Shown: piece after piece, positions 39,616 through 49,747 of the stretch
How positions within the stretch are numbered: position 1 is the stretch's first letter
How the letters are laid out: each line of letters opens with the position of its first letter
The notes under the pieces: model-generated
The model's input: the letters and a program-made list of their open reading frames with translations, nothing else
Told to the model about the DNA's origin: nothing
Databases searched by the model: none
Source of the DNA: a virus
IMG/VR virus record: IMGVR_UViG_3300001472_000003
Location: 64,001 to 128,000 of that record
Length of the DNA stretch: 64,000 nucleotides
Strand: one strand, 5' to 3'
Program-made: the position numbers and the translations under genes

Positions 39616-40340
39616 TATTTAATTTCTCCGAACGGATTGGATTCACTAAAATCTATTATAGCTGCACCATCTAATTCAAACTCAGATGATCTATCTGTTT
39701 TATCTGTATCTCTTAGAGAAAATCCATCGTTAATAATTTCAACACCACTTTCGGTTACTAATTGTGTATTGGCTTCTGTGGTTATTGATATTTTATCTAA
39801 TGCATATGGAATAGATAATTTTTCTTCAATACCATCTATATCTCTAATGCCAGTGTTGAGTTGCTCATTGCTATACTCAAACAATTCACAAACAATATCA
39901 TACGTTTGAAGGGAACCCATTTGATAAAATATAGATTCGTGCTCAACATATTTAACTTCATATAATTTTTGGTTCATATTAAAGTGAATAAGATCACCTT
40001 CATGGGGTAAATTTTGAAATGTTGTCTGAGATATATCTTGCTCAAATCGTCTTTTGGCTATAGTAAATGTTATTCTATCTCTATATTCTAAACCAAATCT
40101 ACTAACAAAATCACCTTCGCCCTCAAACCCTTCGACATTCTTTATATAAACCTCAATTAAATATGTATCTTCAAACTTAGTTAATGTATCCTCATTAAAA
40201 ACATCATCTAAATCTACTACTGCTCTCGGTAAATAATAAACTTCATGACCATACATTTTAATTGATTCAATAATTAAATCTTCAATTAAAGTCTGTTCTG
40301 ATTGTGCATTAAAGTTATTAAAAAATACATTGGTAGGCAT
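39615..40340 (-). CDS. 14: Neck protein gp14
   Basis: YYLPR, EGDLI, DFSESNPFG. Confidence 0.93.
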   Translation of the reverse strand: MPTNVFFNNFNAQSEQTLIEDLIIESIKMYGHEVYYLPRAVVDLDDVFNEDTLTKFEDTYLIEVYIKNVEGFEGEGDFVSRFGLEYRDRITFTIAKRRFEQDISQTTFQNLPHEGDLIHFNMNQKLYEVKYVEHESIFYQMGSLQTYDIVCELFEYSNEQLNTGIRDIDGIEEKLSIPYALDKISITTEANTQLVTESGVEIINDGFSLRDTDKTDRSSEFELDGAAIIDFSESNPFGEIK

Positions 40341-40344
40341 ATAA

Positions 40345-41091
40345 TTATCCTATCATATCTGTCACTGGTAAACTATAAGCTGACATCATTTCTTCTTCAA
40401 GTCTTCTAATCTCTTCATTAGCATCTGCTAATATTTGTGCACCATTAAATGTTACTCCTCCAGGAAGTTGTAAACCTTCAAATTTTGTTAAATTAGAACC
40501 CCATTGATATTTAATCTTTGCTGTAGCATAATTTTGCAACCAACGATCTTTCCAAATATCAGCATATACAGATCCATCAACAACCTGATAAGCTTCAGCT
40601 ATTATGGTGTCTCCAACATTAACCTTATTCCAATCCATATCAATATGTAATTTATTCATATGCCTGTTATATCTTAATGGTTGTTTACCAACAAGAAGTT
40701 CTTCCATAAATTGTATATTTTGCATGTTCATATAATAAGAGGTTAACATATAATCATGTTTACTTAGATCGTATAAATCATTTAATGCGATTTGATATCT
40801 GATATTGAATAAATTATTTGTAGATAATCCATCACCAATATCAAATATATTAACTACGCCTATAATATTTTCTGGTACAGTTAAATACTTATTAGTTATG
40901 TCGTCTGATGTAACAGTAAATTTTGCAAATTCTTTTGAAGTTCCATCAAAATGATAATCTGCGTAATATGATAATGATTCATCTATCCTATCATCTATTT
41001 GGTCATCATCTACATTTATTTCAATAACTGGTTTACCTAATTTACGTAAACAAAATTCAGCGAATGTTGTTTTACTTGTTGGTTGTGCCAT
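40345..41091 (-). CDS. 13: Neck protein gp13
   Basis: LGKPVIEINV, QWGSNLTKF, LPGG. Confidence 0.95.
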   Translation of the reverse strand: MAQPTSKTTFAEFCLRKLGKPVIEINVDDDQIDDRIDESLSYYADYHFDGTSKEFAKFTVTSDDITNKYLTVPENIIGVVNIFDIGDGLSTNNLFNIRYQIALNDLYDLSKHDYMLTSYYMNMQNIQFMEELLVGKQPLRYNRHMNKLHIDMDWNKVNVGDTIIAEAYQVVDGSVYADIWKDRWLQNYATAKIKYQWGSNLTKFEGLQLPGGVTFNGAQILADANEEIRRLEEEMMSAYSLPVTDMIG

Positions 41092-41184
41092 ATTTCATCT
41101 CCAATAAAAAAGGGAAGTATATCTTACTACGTATTTATGCTTCCCTTATTATATAGATTTATAACGATTTATCCTGCAAATTGT

Positions 41185-43101
41185 TTATGCTACAAATATA
41201 TATGCAGCGCCTTTTGTAGAATTAAATTCATGACTACCTGCTACAGTTGTTTGACCATCTCCTGAAATTTCAATACCTCCCTTATTATAAACAAATCTAT
41301 TAAGAGAAGCGTGATCACTATTAAATATAGGACCTCCTGTTACTGCCCATGATGTTCCGGTTCTCTCTGCCCAATACAGTGCTCCTCTTCGTGTTGGATG
41401 TGGATTACCTTGATTAGGAGATGCTATTGCTACAATATTACCGTTATTAGAAATATCTAAAGCCCTGCCAAACTCTTGATCTTTATGTCTTACTGGCGCG
41501 TGGATAATAGCTTGTTCTGTCCATGTAGTACCTGATCTTACAAATATGTATACTTGCCCAGAAGTGTTCGTTGAATCAAGATTTGAATCATCTCCACCTG
41601 AGGTTGCCGCAGGCCCGTCTTCATAAGGAGCTCCAAAAGCTACTGTACTTCCATCTTGGTCAATAGATACTGCAAAACCAGCACGATCACTTCCACTTCG
41701 ATCTGACCCAAGTAATATTGCTTGTTCTGTCCATGCACCTGAATCATATTTATATACATAAACCTTAGATTTATCATAAGCTCCGGATACAACATATAAA
41801 CCGTTACCAGACATCGAAACATCGTGACCAAAATTTGCGCCAGATTCAGCATCTGATGCTGTTATTAAGGTACCATTGTCCCATGAACTTCCTGTTCTCT
41901 TATGTATTATTGCATACCCAGCTCCAACATTAGATGACATTCCTCCTAGTGCTCCAATTATAAGTTCATCTCCAGTATCTGACATACCTAGAGAAGTACC
42001 ATACCTAGTTGGGTTATTGCCACCATGACCAGACCAATTGAATGTAGCTTCATGTGCCCAAGATGATCCAGATTTAACGTAAACATGCACTCTTCCATTG
42101 CCACCACTTCTATAATAAGTTGGTTCTGATATAGCAATTGTTTCACCATTTGATGACATAGCAAATGCTCTTCCAAATCTACTATTATTTTCAACATTAC
42201 CCCCATGTGATGGTGAATTAGCTGTTAGTGTTTGTACTAAAGACCATGTAGTGCCTGACCTTTCGTATATATTTGCAAATCCTTGAGTACTATTACCATT
42301 ATTATTCTCAGGAGCTCCAACGATTGCTAGGTTACCATTTGTAGAAATTGCACAGGATTCACCAAAAGCTGCTCCACTAGATAAACCAGTCACTGGTAAA
42401 GATACTTGTTCAGATGCTGAGGTCCAAACACTATATGCTACATCTAGAGTCACAGCAGCCGTTCCTATATTAGTTCCATCTGTTACTGATATTGTTAATG
42501 TTCCTCCAGCCAATTCTGATGCTCCTGCTACAACTGTAACAGTATTGTTACCTGTGTGATGAGATATATCCACTTGAGATGTATTTGTTATATTTGTATT
42601 TGAGGTTGTAACAGTTACTGGTGTGCCTTCTGGTTCACTTGTAGTGTAAGTTATGTCAATTGACTCTCCAATTGTTCCAAAACTATGAGAAGATATACTT
42701 GCAGATATAGTTGGTGTTAGATTAATTGAATCGATTGATCTCCATTGTGTAGCTGTTCTGATATATAAATCATTAGTAGCAGTTACAAATGCATGATCTC
42801 CAGCTTGAATGCCAGATGAAGGTAAATCTGATTCATTAGCATATACTGTAACAGCTCCACCCGATAGTGATGTTAAAGATACGTTTGATGTGGATCCATC
42901 TGCTTTATTAAAAACCAATGTTGTTCCACTAACACTAACAGTAGAGACTGATGTATCAGTAGAAGGTACAATTTGTTCAAATCTAGTATTTAATGCTTGT
43001 CTAGTCCATACATTTTTAGAAGATGAATATATAAACTTTGTGTTTTCATGTGTAACTACCTGGCCATCTGATGGCGTAGTAGGTAAATTTAAGTCAGCCA
43101 T
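41185..43101 (-). CDS. Fibre/adhesin protein with C-terminal FG-GAP-like beta-propeller
   Basis: 7 FG...S.DG...VGA repeats; N-terminal fibre modules. Confidence 0.75.
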   Translation of the reverse strand: MADLNLPTTPSDGQVVTHENTKFIYSSSKNVWTRQALNTRFEQIVPSTDTSVSTVSVSGTTLVFNKADGSTSNVSLTSLSGGAVTVYANESDLPSSGIQAGDHAFVTATNDLYIRTATQWRSIDSINLTPTISASISSHSFGTIGESIDITYTTSEPEGTPVTVTTSNTNITNTSQVDISHHTGNNTVTVVAGASELAGGTLTISVTDGTNIGTAAVTLDVAYSVWTSASEQVSLPVTGLSSGAAFGESCAISTNGNLAIVGAPENNNGNSTQGFANIYERSGTTWSLVQTLTANSPSHGGNVENNSRFGRAFAMSSNGETIAISEPTYYRSGGNGRVHVYVKSGSSWAHEATFNWSGHGGNNPTRYGTSLGMSDTGDELIIGALGGMSSNVGAGYAIIHKRTGSSWDNGTLITASDAESGANFGHDVSMSGNGLYVVSGAYDKSKVYVYKYDSGAWTEQAILLGSDRSGSDRAGFAVSIDQDGSTVAFGAPYEDGPAATSGGDDSNLDSTNTSGQVYIFVRSGTTWTEQAIIHAPVRHKDQEFGRALDISNNGNIVAIASPNQGNPHPTRRGALYWAERTGTSWAVTGGPIFNSDHASLNRFVYNKGGIEISGDGQTTVAGSHEFNSTKGAAYIFVA

Positions 43102-43127
43102 TGCTTTTTATTCCTTTTTATTTCATT

Positions 43128-46100
43128 TTATGTTGTAACAAAAGTATACACTGCACCAGCATCTGTTGTATTAGTATCTTCACGTGGTGCACCGACTATT
43201 ACTGTTGATCCATCACCAGATATTTCTGAAGCTGAACCAAATTCGTCATTATTCTCTATATCTGTTGATGTTAAAGATTTTTGTAGACCCCATCCAGTAT
43301 CATTAAAAATATAAGCAGCTCCTGAATTATTCATCGTTGTATCTTCTTCGGCAGCACCAAATATCACTGACTTACCATCACCACTTAAAGCTATAGCTTG
43401 TCCAAAATTATCTCCAAGTGTTGGATTGTCGGGTACAAATTTTCTCAATTGTGTCCACGATGTATCTGTTCTTCCAAAAGCATATGCCACACCAGCAGTG
43501 GCTGATGTAGAATATAAAAGATTTGATCCTATTATTATAATATCACCACTATCATCAATATCAGCAGATGAACCAAATCCATTATTTTGAGTATCACTAT
43601 TATCAGAATGTTGAATAGCCGCTTGTTGTGACCAAGTTGTACCACTTCTAACCCATACAAAACTCTTACCTTTTAACGAATCATGTTTCATAGAACCTAC
43701 AACAACAGTATCACCATCTTCATCAATAGCTACAGAACAACCAAATCTATCTTGACTAGTTATTCCAGCTGATTGAATTTTTTGTTGTTGACTCCATGTA
43801 CTTCCTGTCCTAACAAAAATAAAAGCCGTTCCAGCAAATGTACCATTATCATCATCGTATGGTGCACCTACAATAGCATAATTAGCATCTCCAGAAATTC
43901 GTACACAGTTATCACCAGAAGAACCACCTCCACTCATCTGATCATGAGCTACTCCATCAGAAGCTAATAATCTCGCTTGTTGAGACCAAGATGTACCAGA
44001 TCTATAATAAATGTAAGCTGCACCTTGCTGTTCTGAACTAACACCTTTAGCTTGAGGTGATCCTACTATAACATAATTACCATCTTTAGATATATGAACA
44101 CCTTTACCAAAATACCAAACATCATTATTTCCAGTATGATCGTCAGGAAGTAATTTTGCTTGTTGAGTCCAATTTGTTCCTGATCTAGTAAAAATATAAG
44201 CAGCACCAGGAGCGCCATTGTTACTAGATCCTCCTTTAAACCAAGCACCTACAACTAATGTATCTCCTGCATCGTTTAATGAAATAGACTGTCCAAATTT
44301 GTCACCATTTGCTATATCATTTGATTGTATCATTGCTTGCTCAACCCAAGTTGTGCCAGATTTAATATAAATGTATACTTTTCCTCTATTACTTCCACCT
44401 GTATCTTCCAATGGTGCACCTACTGCTTTATAAGTACCATCATTTGAAATAGCAACAGAGTAACCATAATCATCATCATTTTGAGGATCTGAAGCTTTTA
44501 ACATTTGTAATTGATCGGTTGCTGCAGCCCAACCACTACTTTTTTGATAAACATATGCTCTGCCAGTTTGAACAGAATTAGGAGTACTATAGTGCCTTGA
44601 ACCAGTTGCAATTATAGTACCATCATTTGATAAACTAACTCCACCATCCCCTAACTGTCTAATATTAGGAGGACTACTATTATAACCAACTGGATCAGAT
44701 GGTATTATTTTAGCTTGTTGAGACCATGTACTTCCTGATCTTGTATAAACAAATACAGCTCCCCCTTTAGCATTAGATCCATCGACAGGTGTTTTTGAAT
44801 CATTATTTATGTCTATAACAGCTAAAGATGCTCCATCTGTCGATAAAGATATTCCTTTACCATAACCATGATTACCTCTACCAATAGCATTGCCGCCGGA
44901 TACAGTAAAATTAGTTTGTTCCGACCAAGTGGTTCCTGTTCTTGTATATACTAAGATTCTATTTTGTGAAGAATGTGTTGCAACTAAATAACTACCATCC
45001 CCATTAAGAGCTAAGGAAGCAGCATATCCTTCACCACTCATATTTGAAGGCATCATTTTTTGTTGAAATGTAAAATTATTTGAACCATCATTTTTATAAA
45101 TAAATATTTCTTTTGATTGTTGCGCTCCAACTGCTATATAATTATTATCATCACTTATATCAAAATCAATAGCATATTGCATATCATTTACAATTTCTCC
45201 ACCTGTTGGGGCTAATACTGCATGTTGTGACCAATTAGCACCAGATCTTGTAAAGATATAAAGAACTCCTGTATCCATTAAGTTTGATGGGTTGTCATCA
45301 GAGTAAGCACCAGCTAATGCAATAGTTCCATCAGCTGACATCACAACCTGTCTACCAAAACCTCTATTGTCACTTGGGTGACCACCAGTTCTGGACATCA
45401 TTGTCAAATAATTCCATGTTGTTCCAATTCTTTTCCAAAAATGTACATGACCTCTATCGTGTTCTAGAGATCCTATTATTGCATAATTCCCATCCTCACT
45501 TAAATCAACAGCTACACCAAAATTATCATTAGATCTTGCATTAAATGGTCTTAAAATTTTAGCTTGTTGGACTCCAGTAGACCAATCAAATGCGAATTGT
45601 ATAGTCATTGTTAATGTATCAGCAATAGTGTTGACACCATCTGTGGCTGTTATAGTAATTGTCTCGGTTGTGTTCTGTACTGGTGTATCAAATGTTAAAG
45701 TATTATTTGCTTGATGTACGGTTATACTTGCATTGGATGTACTTGATGCTGTTATTGTGTAAGGAGTATCTTCTGGTTCATTTACTGTATAACTGACATC
45801 AACTGAATCACTTGAACCCATTGATATACTAGAGACACCTAAGGATAAAGAAGGTGATAGATTGACTGTTGCAATCTTATACCAACCGGATCCATCAGTG
45901 ATAAATAATGAATCAGTATCAGTTACATATACTTGAGTGCCTGATACTAAATTAGTTATAGGCAATTGAGAAGCACTTGCATAATTTGTTAGTATATTAC
46001 CTGCAAAAGCGGCTAAGCTAACATTAGCATGTGTACTATCATCTTTTTGTATTACTAAAGTATTGCCACTAATAGACATTGAAGATACTCCGACACTTTT

Positions 46101-46244
46101 GTTTTCAAAATCGGATATTTGAGAAGAAGACATCGTCGATACATGTCTCCATTTATTTTTATCACTGTTATACCGCATTGCTTTACCTTGAGCAATAAAT
46201 AACTCATTATTGCTTGGATTGCTTGGAAAATCTATTACTGGCAT
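43128..46244 (-). CDS. Fibre/adhesin protein with two FG-GAP-like beta-propellers
   Basis: 14 blade repeats counted by hand. Confidence 0.75.
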   Translation of the reverse strand: MPVIDFPSNPSNNELFIAQGKAMRYNSDKNKWRHVSTMSSSQISDFENKSVGVSSMSISGNTLVIQKDDSTHANVSLAAFAGNILTNYASASQLPITNLVSGTQVYVTDTDSLFITDGSGWYKIATVNLSPSLSLGVSSISMGSSDSVDVSYTVNEPEDTPYTITASSTSNASITVHQANNTLTFDTPVQNTTETITITATDGVNTIADTLTMTIQFAFDWSTGVQQAKILRPFNARSNDNFGVAVDLSEDGNYAIIGSLEHDRGHVHFWKRIGTTWNYLTMMSRTGGHPSDNRGFGRQVVMSADGTIALAGAYSDDNPSNLMDTGVLYIFTRSGANWSQHAVLAPTGGEIVNDMQYAIDFDISDDNNYIAVGAQQSKEIFIYKNDGSNNFTFQQKMMPSNMSGEGYAASLALNGDGSYLVATHSSQNRILVYTRTGTTWSEQTNFTVSGGNAIGRGNHGYGKGISLSTDGASLAVIDINNDSKTPVDGSNAKGGAVFVYTRSGSTWSQQAKIIPSDPVGYNSSPPNIRQLGDGGVSLSNDGTIIATGSRHYSTPNSVQTGRAYVYQKSSGWAAATDQLQMLKASDPQNDDDYGYSVAISNDGTYKAVGAPLEDTGGSNRGKVYIYIKSGTTWVEQAMIQSNDIANGDKFGQSISLNDAGDTLVVGAWFKGGSSNNGAPGAAYIFTRSGTNWTQQAKLLPDDHTGNNDVWYFGKGVHISKDGNYVIVGSPQAKGVSSEQQGAAYIYYRSGTSWSQQARLLASDGVAHDQMSGGGSSGDNCVRISGDANYAIVGAPYDDDNGTFAGTAFIFVRTGSTWSQQQKIQSAGITSQDRFGCSVAIDEDGDTVVVGSMKHDSLKGKSFVWVRSGTTWSQQAAIQHSDNSDTQNNGFGSSADIDDSGDIIIIGSNLLYSTSATAGVAYAFGRTDTSWTQLRKFVPDNPTLGDNFGQAIALSGDGKSVIFGAAEEDTTMNNSGAAYIFNDTGWGLQKSLTSTDIENNDEFGSASEISGDGSTVIVGAPREDTNTTDAGAVYTFVTT

Positions 46245-46260
46245 TTATTTTATTCCTTAT

Positions 46261-47931
46261 TTAAACTGGTTGTGAATTTGCTACTTTAAACCATCCTGAT
46301 CCATCTGTAACATATAAATATCCGGTATCTAAGGCTATAGCTTGATCACCCGATTGTAAACTTGAGAATGGGAATATAGAGGCATTGGCGTATGTTTCCG
46401 TTCTACCTGCAAATGCATCTACACTTACAGATACACCATCTATAACTAAATCATTATCTGATTCAAGTTGTGCGTTCTCAACACCTCTTGCTCTTTTTCT
46501 TGTTGATGATACGCCATCTAAATCTGAAGCTTTTTCTGGTCTCCATCTTCCTTTTCCAGCATTCCATTTGAAACGTCTTCCTTCATGAGTGTGAACAGTT
46601 CCATCAGCTAAATTCGATGGTATAGTTCCAGTCGGGACCCAATATTCTACTGCACCTTCGTTAGAAAAGGCACCCCAGGCTGTTAGAATTAAATGTTTAC
46701 CATCTGAAGATAATGCATTAGCATAGTTACCTGTCAGGCCTGGTGTCACAGCTTGTTTTTTCAAAAGAGACCATGTTGATCCTGATCTTTCGAATGTATA
46801 CCAATACTTATTTTCTCCAGCATTTCCAGATAGTATTAAAAGGGATCCATCATAATTAAATGACATTGACCTACCTATTGTAGCACCATCATCAGATGCA
46901 CCATCTGGTCCATTGACTACTGCTTGTTGATCCCACACATTTGTACTACTATTCCATTTTAATATTGCTACTCTACCAGCATAGTCATCTGAGTCATGAT
47001 GTCTGAAATATATACTTAAATAATTGCCATCTTTACTCATTCCTAAAGCCTGGCCGTCGGTTGCATATTGGCCTGATTGATCGTAGGTTTGGACAGCACT
47101 AATGTTCCATAAATTTGAACTGGTATTGTATCTCCCAGTAAAAATTTTAACTACTTTATCTGTAGTATTATTACGCTGACCTGAATACTGGCTATCATTT
47201 AGAAGACAAAATTTTTCTCCAGCACCATCTAATACAATATTGCCCTTTATTCCAAAATTACCTCCCGTAGTAGGTGTATTTAATTGGCCAAAGTATGCCC
47301 ATGTTGATCCAGTTTTATGGAAAATATAATTTAATGAACGCCCATTGGCAGAATTTTTTCCTGCTGCTATACATCGAGTGCCATCCGCATTTAATACAAT
47401 TCCATAATATCCAACAGCACCATTAGTTTGCCCACCGTTTCCAAAAACATTAGTCCAAGTTGATCCTGTTCTTTCAAATATTTCTATCCGTCCACCGTCC
47501 GGATGACCATAATTACCACCTGTTACAGCAATCGTCTCTCCAGCTTCATCAATAGCTACTGATCTATGATGTGGGTTATCATCATATGAACCAAAAGTGT
47601 CTGGACCATTACCATATTGACTGTAAACAGCATGATTAGTATTACTAGTTAATGTTGCTTGTGTTGTAAACGTATTACCTGTTCTAGTTAGAACATATGG
47701 AAATCCACCAGAAGCGTGAGTATGAGCCACTGCACCAGGAGCTCTATTTCCTACTACTATATAATCGCCATTCGCTGAAACCGCAGAACCACCAATTCCT
47801 GATTTTTCTCCAGCCCCAGATTGAACTGTAAATTTAGCATCTCTGACAAAAGATGCATTTACATTAGCCCCTACAGAAGATGAACTGAATGATCCTGTAA
47901 TTGCTGTTGATGTTGGTAATGAAAGTGCCAT
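46261..47931 (-). CDS. Fibre/adhesin protein with beta-propeller
   Basis: Propeller-like repeats; termini shared with 47948..49672. Confidence 0.7.
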   Translation of the reverse strand: MALSLPTSTAITGSFSSSSVGANVNASFVRDAKFTVQSGAGEKSGIGGSAVSANGDYIVVGNRAPGAVAHTHASGGFPYVLTRTGNTFTTQATLTSNTNHAVYSQYGNGPDTFGSYDDNPHHRSVAIDEAGETIAVTGGNYGHPDGGRIEIFERTGSTWTNVFGNGGQTNGAVGYYGIVLNADGTRCIAAGKNSANGRSLNYIFHKTGSTWAYFGQLNTPTTGGNFGIKGNIVLDGAGEKFCLLNDSQYSGQRNNTTDKVVKIFTGRYNTSSNLWNISAVQTYDQSGQYATDGQALGMSKDGNYLSIYFRHHDSDDYAGRVAILKWNSSTNVWDQQAVVNGPDGASDDGATIGRSMSFNYDGSLLILSGNAGENKYWYTFERSGSTWSLLKKQAVTPGLTGNYANALSSDGKHLILTAWGAFSNEGAVEYWVPTGTIPSNLADGTVHTHEGRRFKWNAGKGRWRPEKASDLDGVSSTRKRARGVENAQLESDNDLVIDGVSVSVDAFAGRTETYANASIFPFSSLQSGDQAIALDTGYLYVTDGSGWFKVANSQPV

Positions 47932-47947
47932 GTTTTTTATTCCTTAT

Positions 47948-49672
47948 TTAAACTAGTTGTGAGTTTGCTACCTTGAACCATCCTGATCCATCAGTAACAT
48001 ATAAATATCCTGTATCTAATGCAATTGCTTGATCCCCAGATTGTAGACTAGAGAATGGGAATATAGAAGCATTAGCATATGTTTCTGTTCTGCCAGCAAA
48101 GGCATCTATACTTACTGTAACACCATCTATATTTAAATCTAAATCTGATTCAAGCTGAGCGTTCTGAACGCCTCTTGATCTTTTTCTTGATGAAGATATT
48201 CCATCTAAATCAGATGCTTTTGCTGGTCTCCATCTACCTTTAGCAGCATTATATTTGAATTTTCTACCTTGATGTGTATGTATGTCTCCATCTGCCAGAG
48301 AAGATGCAATTTCTCCTGTTGGCTTAAAATATTCTACTGATCCTTGGTTAATTTCATTACCTAATCCACCTGCCAGGCCATAACCTGTACTAGAATATCT
48401 TGCATTTGGAGCGGAGACTAATATGTGCTTGCCATCTGAAGATAATTCTATATCTCCTATTGAATTTAAACCATTTACATGAGTATGTTTTGCTTTAAAT
48501 GTCCATGTAGAACCAGTTCTTTCATAAATATACCATGCCTGTTGAGTTTGAGTTCTACCATTATGGTTTGGATTTCCTTGTGAACCATTAGTATTACCTA
48601 TTGCTACCAATACTGATCCATCATAATTAAGTCTAAAATGTCTACCTATATACATACCATTATTTGTAGTAGCTCCACCTGCAGTAGCATTATCGATAAC
48701 TGATTCTTCGACATAAGCGTTGCTACCATTCCATTTAAATACATGGAATCGTCCAGTGAAATCTACTGTTCCATCTCGAAATGATACTATAACATATATA
48801 CCATCGTTGCTTATTTCTATGTGATATGCTTGACTTTCAGCAGAAGAGTGTCCAGTCTGGTCAATAATTTGAAGATGACTTTGCCATGCTGATCCATCAT
48901 AGTAAAAAGTTTGTAGTCTTGCTCTCTTTCCTATATTAAAATCATTATCGTTCCGTTGTAAATCTAAACATGCAATACGTGTGCCATCATTGTTTATAGA
49001 TATACTTCCTATACCAACTGCGTATCCTCCAGGACCAATTCCAGACCCACCATTAGTTCCAGTATAAAGGTCTGATTGCTGACTCCAAGAAGAACCTGAT
49101 TTGGTCCACATAGCAAGTCTTTGATCATTACCACAACTAGCAATAATTGTATTTCCATCTCCGGATATAGCAACACCATGTTCACCTAGTCTTTGTCCAC
49201 CATCATCTAGGAATGCATTGTGAGACCAAGATGCTCCTGAACGAGTCCATACATCTATAGCACCATCAGTTGTTCCTGCGGAACAACCTACAATAGCTGT
49301 TTCACCCGCTTCATCTATATCTACACCTTTCTTTTGGACTTCTGCAAAATCACCATACCGATCATTAGCACCCATACGAAACATATATGATGGTATAAAG
49401 GTTGTATCTATAGTCCAGACATCTCCAGTCTTTTTATATATTATAGGTCGTCCAGTACATCCATTACCAGTATTTGCTCTATTTGCAATTATTGCATAGT
49501 CGCCATTTGCTGACATACGCATTCCATGACCTTGAAAGTCATTATTTCCAACACTTGATTGTAAATTAGAATGTCGACCGGCGCCAACTATTAAAGGTGT
49601 TAAGTTAGCAGTGTTTGTTGTTGTGACGAAAGACCCGACTACGTTTGCTGCGCTTGGTAATGAAAGTGCCAT
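47948..49672 (-). CDS. Fibre/adhesin protein with beta-propeller
   Basis: Paralog of 46261..47931. Confidence 0.7.
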   Translation of the reverse strand: MALSLPSAANVVGSFVTTTNTANLTPLIVGAGRHSNLQSSVGNNDFQGHGMRMSANGDYAIIANRANTGNGCTGRPIIYKKTGDVWTIDTTFIPSYMFRMGANDRYGDFAEVQKKGVDIDEAGETAIVGCSAGTTDGAIDVWTRSGASWSHNAFLDDGGQRLGEHGVAISGDGNTIIASCGNDQRLAMWTKSGSSWSQQSDLYTGTNGGSGIGPGGYAVGIGSISINNDGTRIACLDLQRNDNDFNIGKRARLQTFYYDGSAWQSHLQIIDQTGHSSAESQAYHIEISNDGIYVIVSFRDGTVDFTGRFHVFKWNGSNAYVEESVIDNATAGGATTNNGMYIGRHFRLNYDGSVLVAIGNTNGSQGNPNHNGRTQTQQAWYIYERTGSTWTFKAKHTHVNGLNSIGDIELSSDGKHILVSAPNARYSSTGYGLAGGLGNEINQGSVEYFKPTGEIASSLADGDIHTHQGRKFKYNAAKGRWRPAKASDLDGISSSRKRSRGVQNAQLESDLDLNIDGVTVSIDAFAGRTETYANASIFPFSSLQSGDQAIALDTGYLYVTDGSGWFKVANSQLV

Positions 49673-49747
49673 GTTTATATTTCCTTAAAATTATTTATAT
49701 TAAAATAGGTAGAGATCGCATGGACCCCTACCTATAATATTTTTTTA

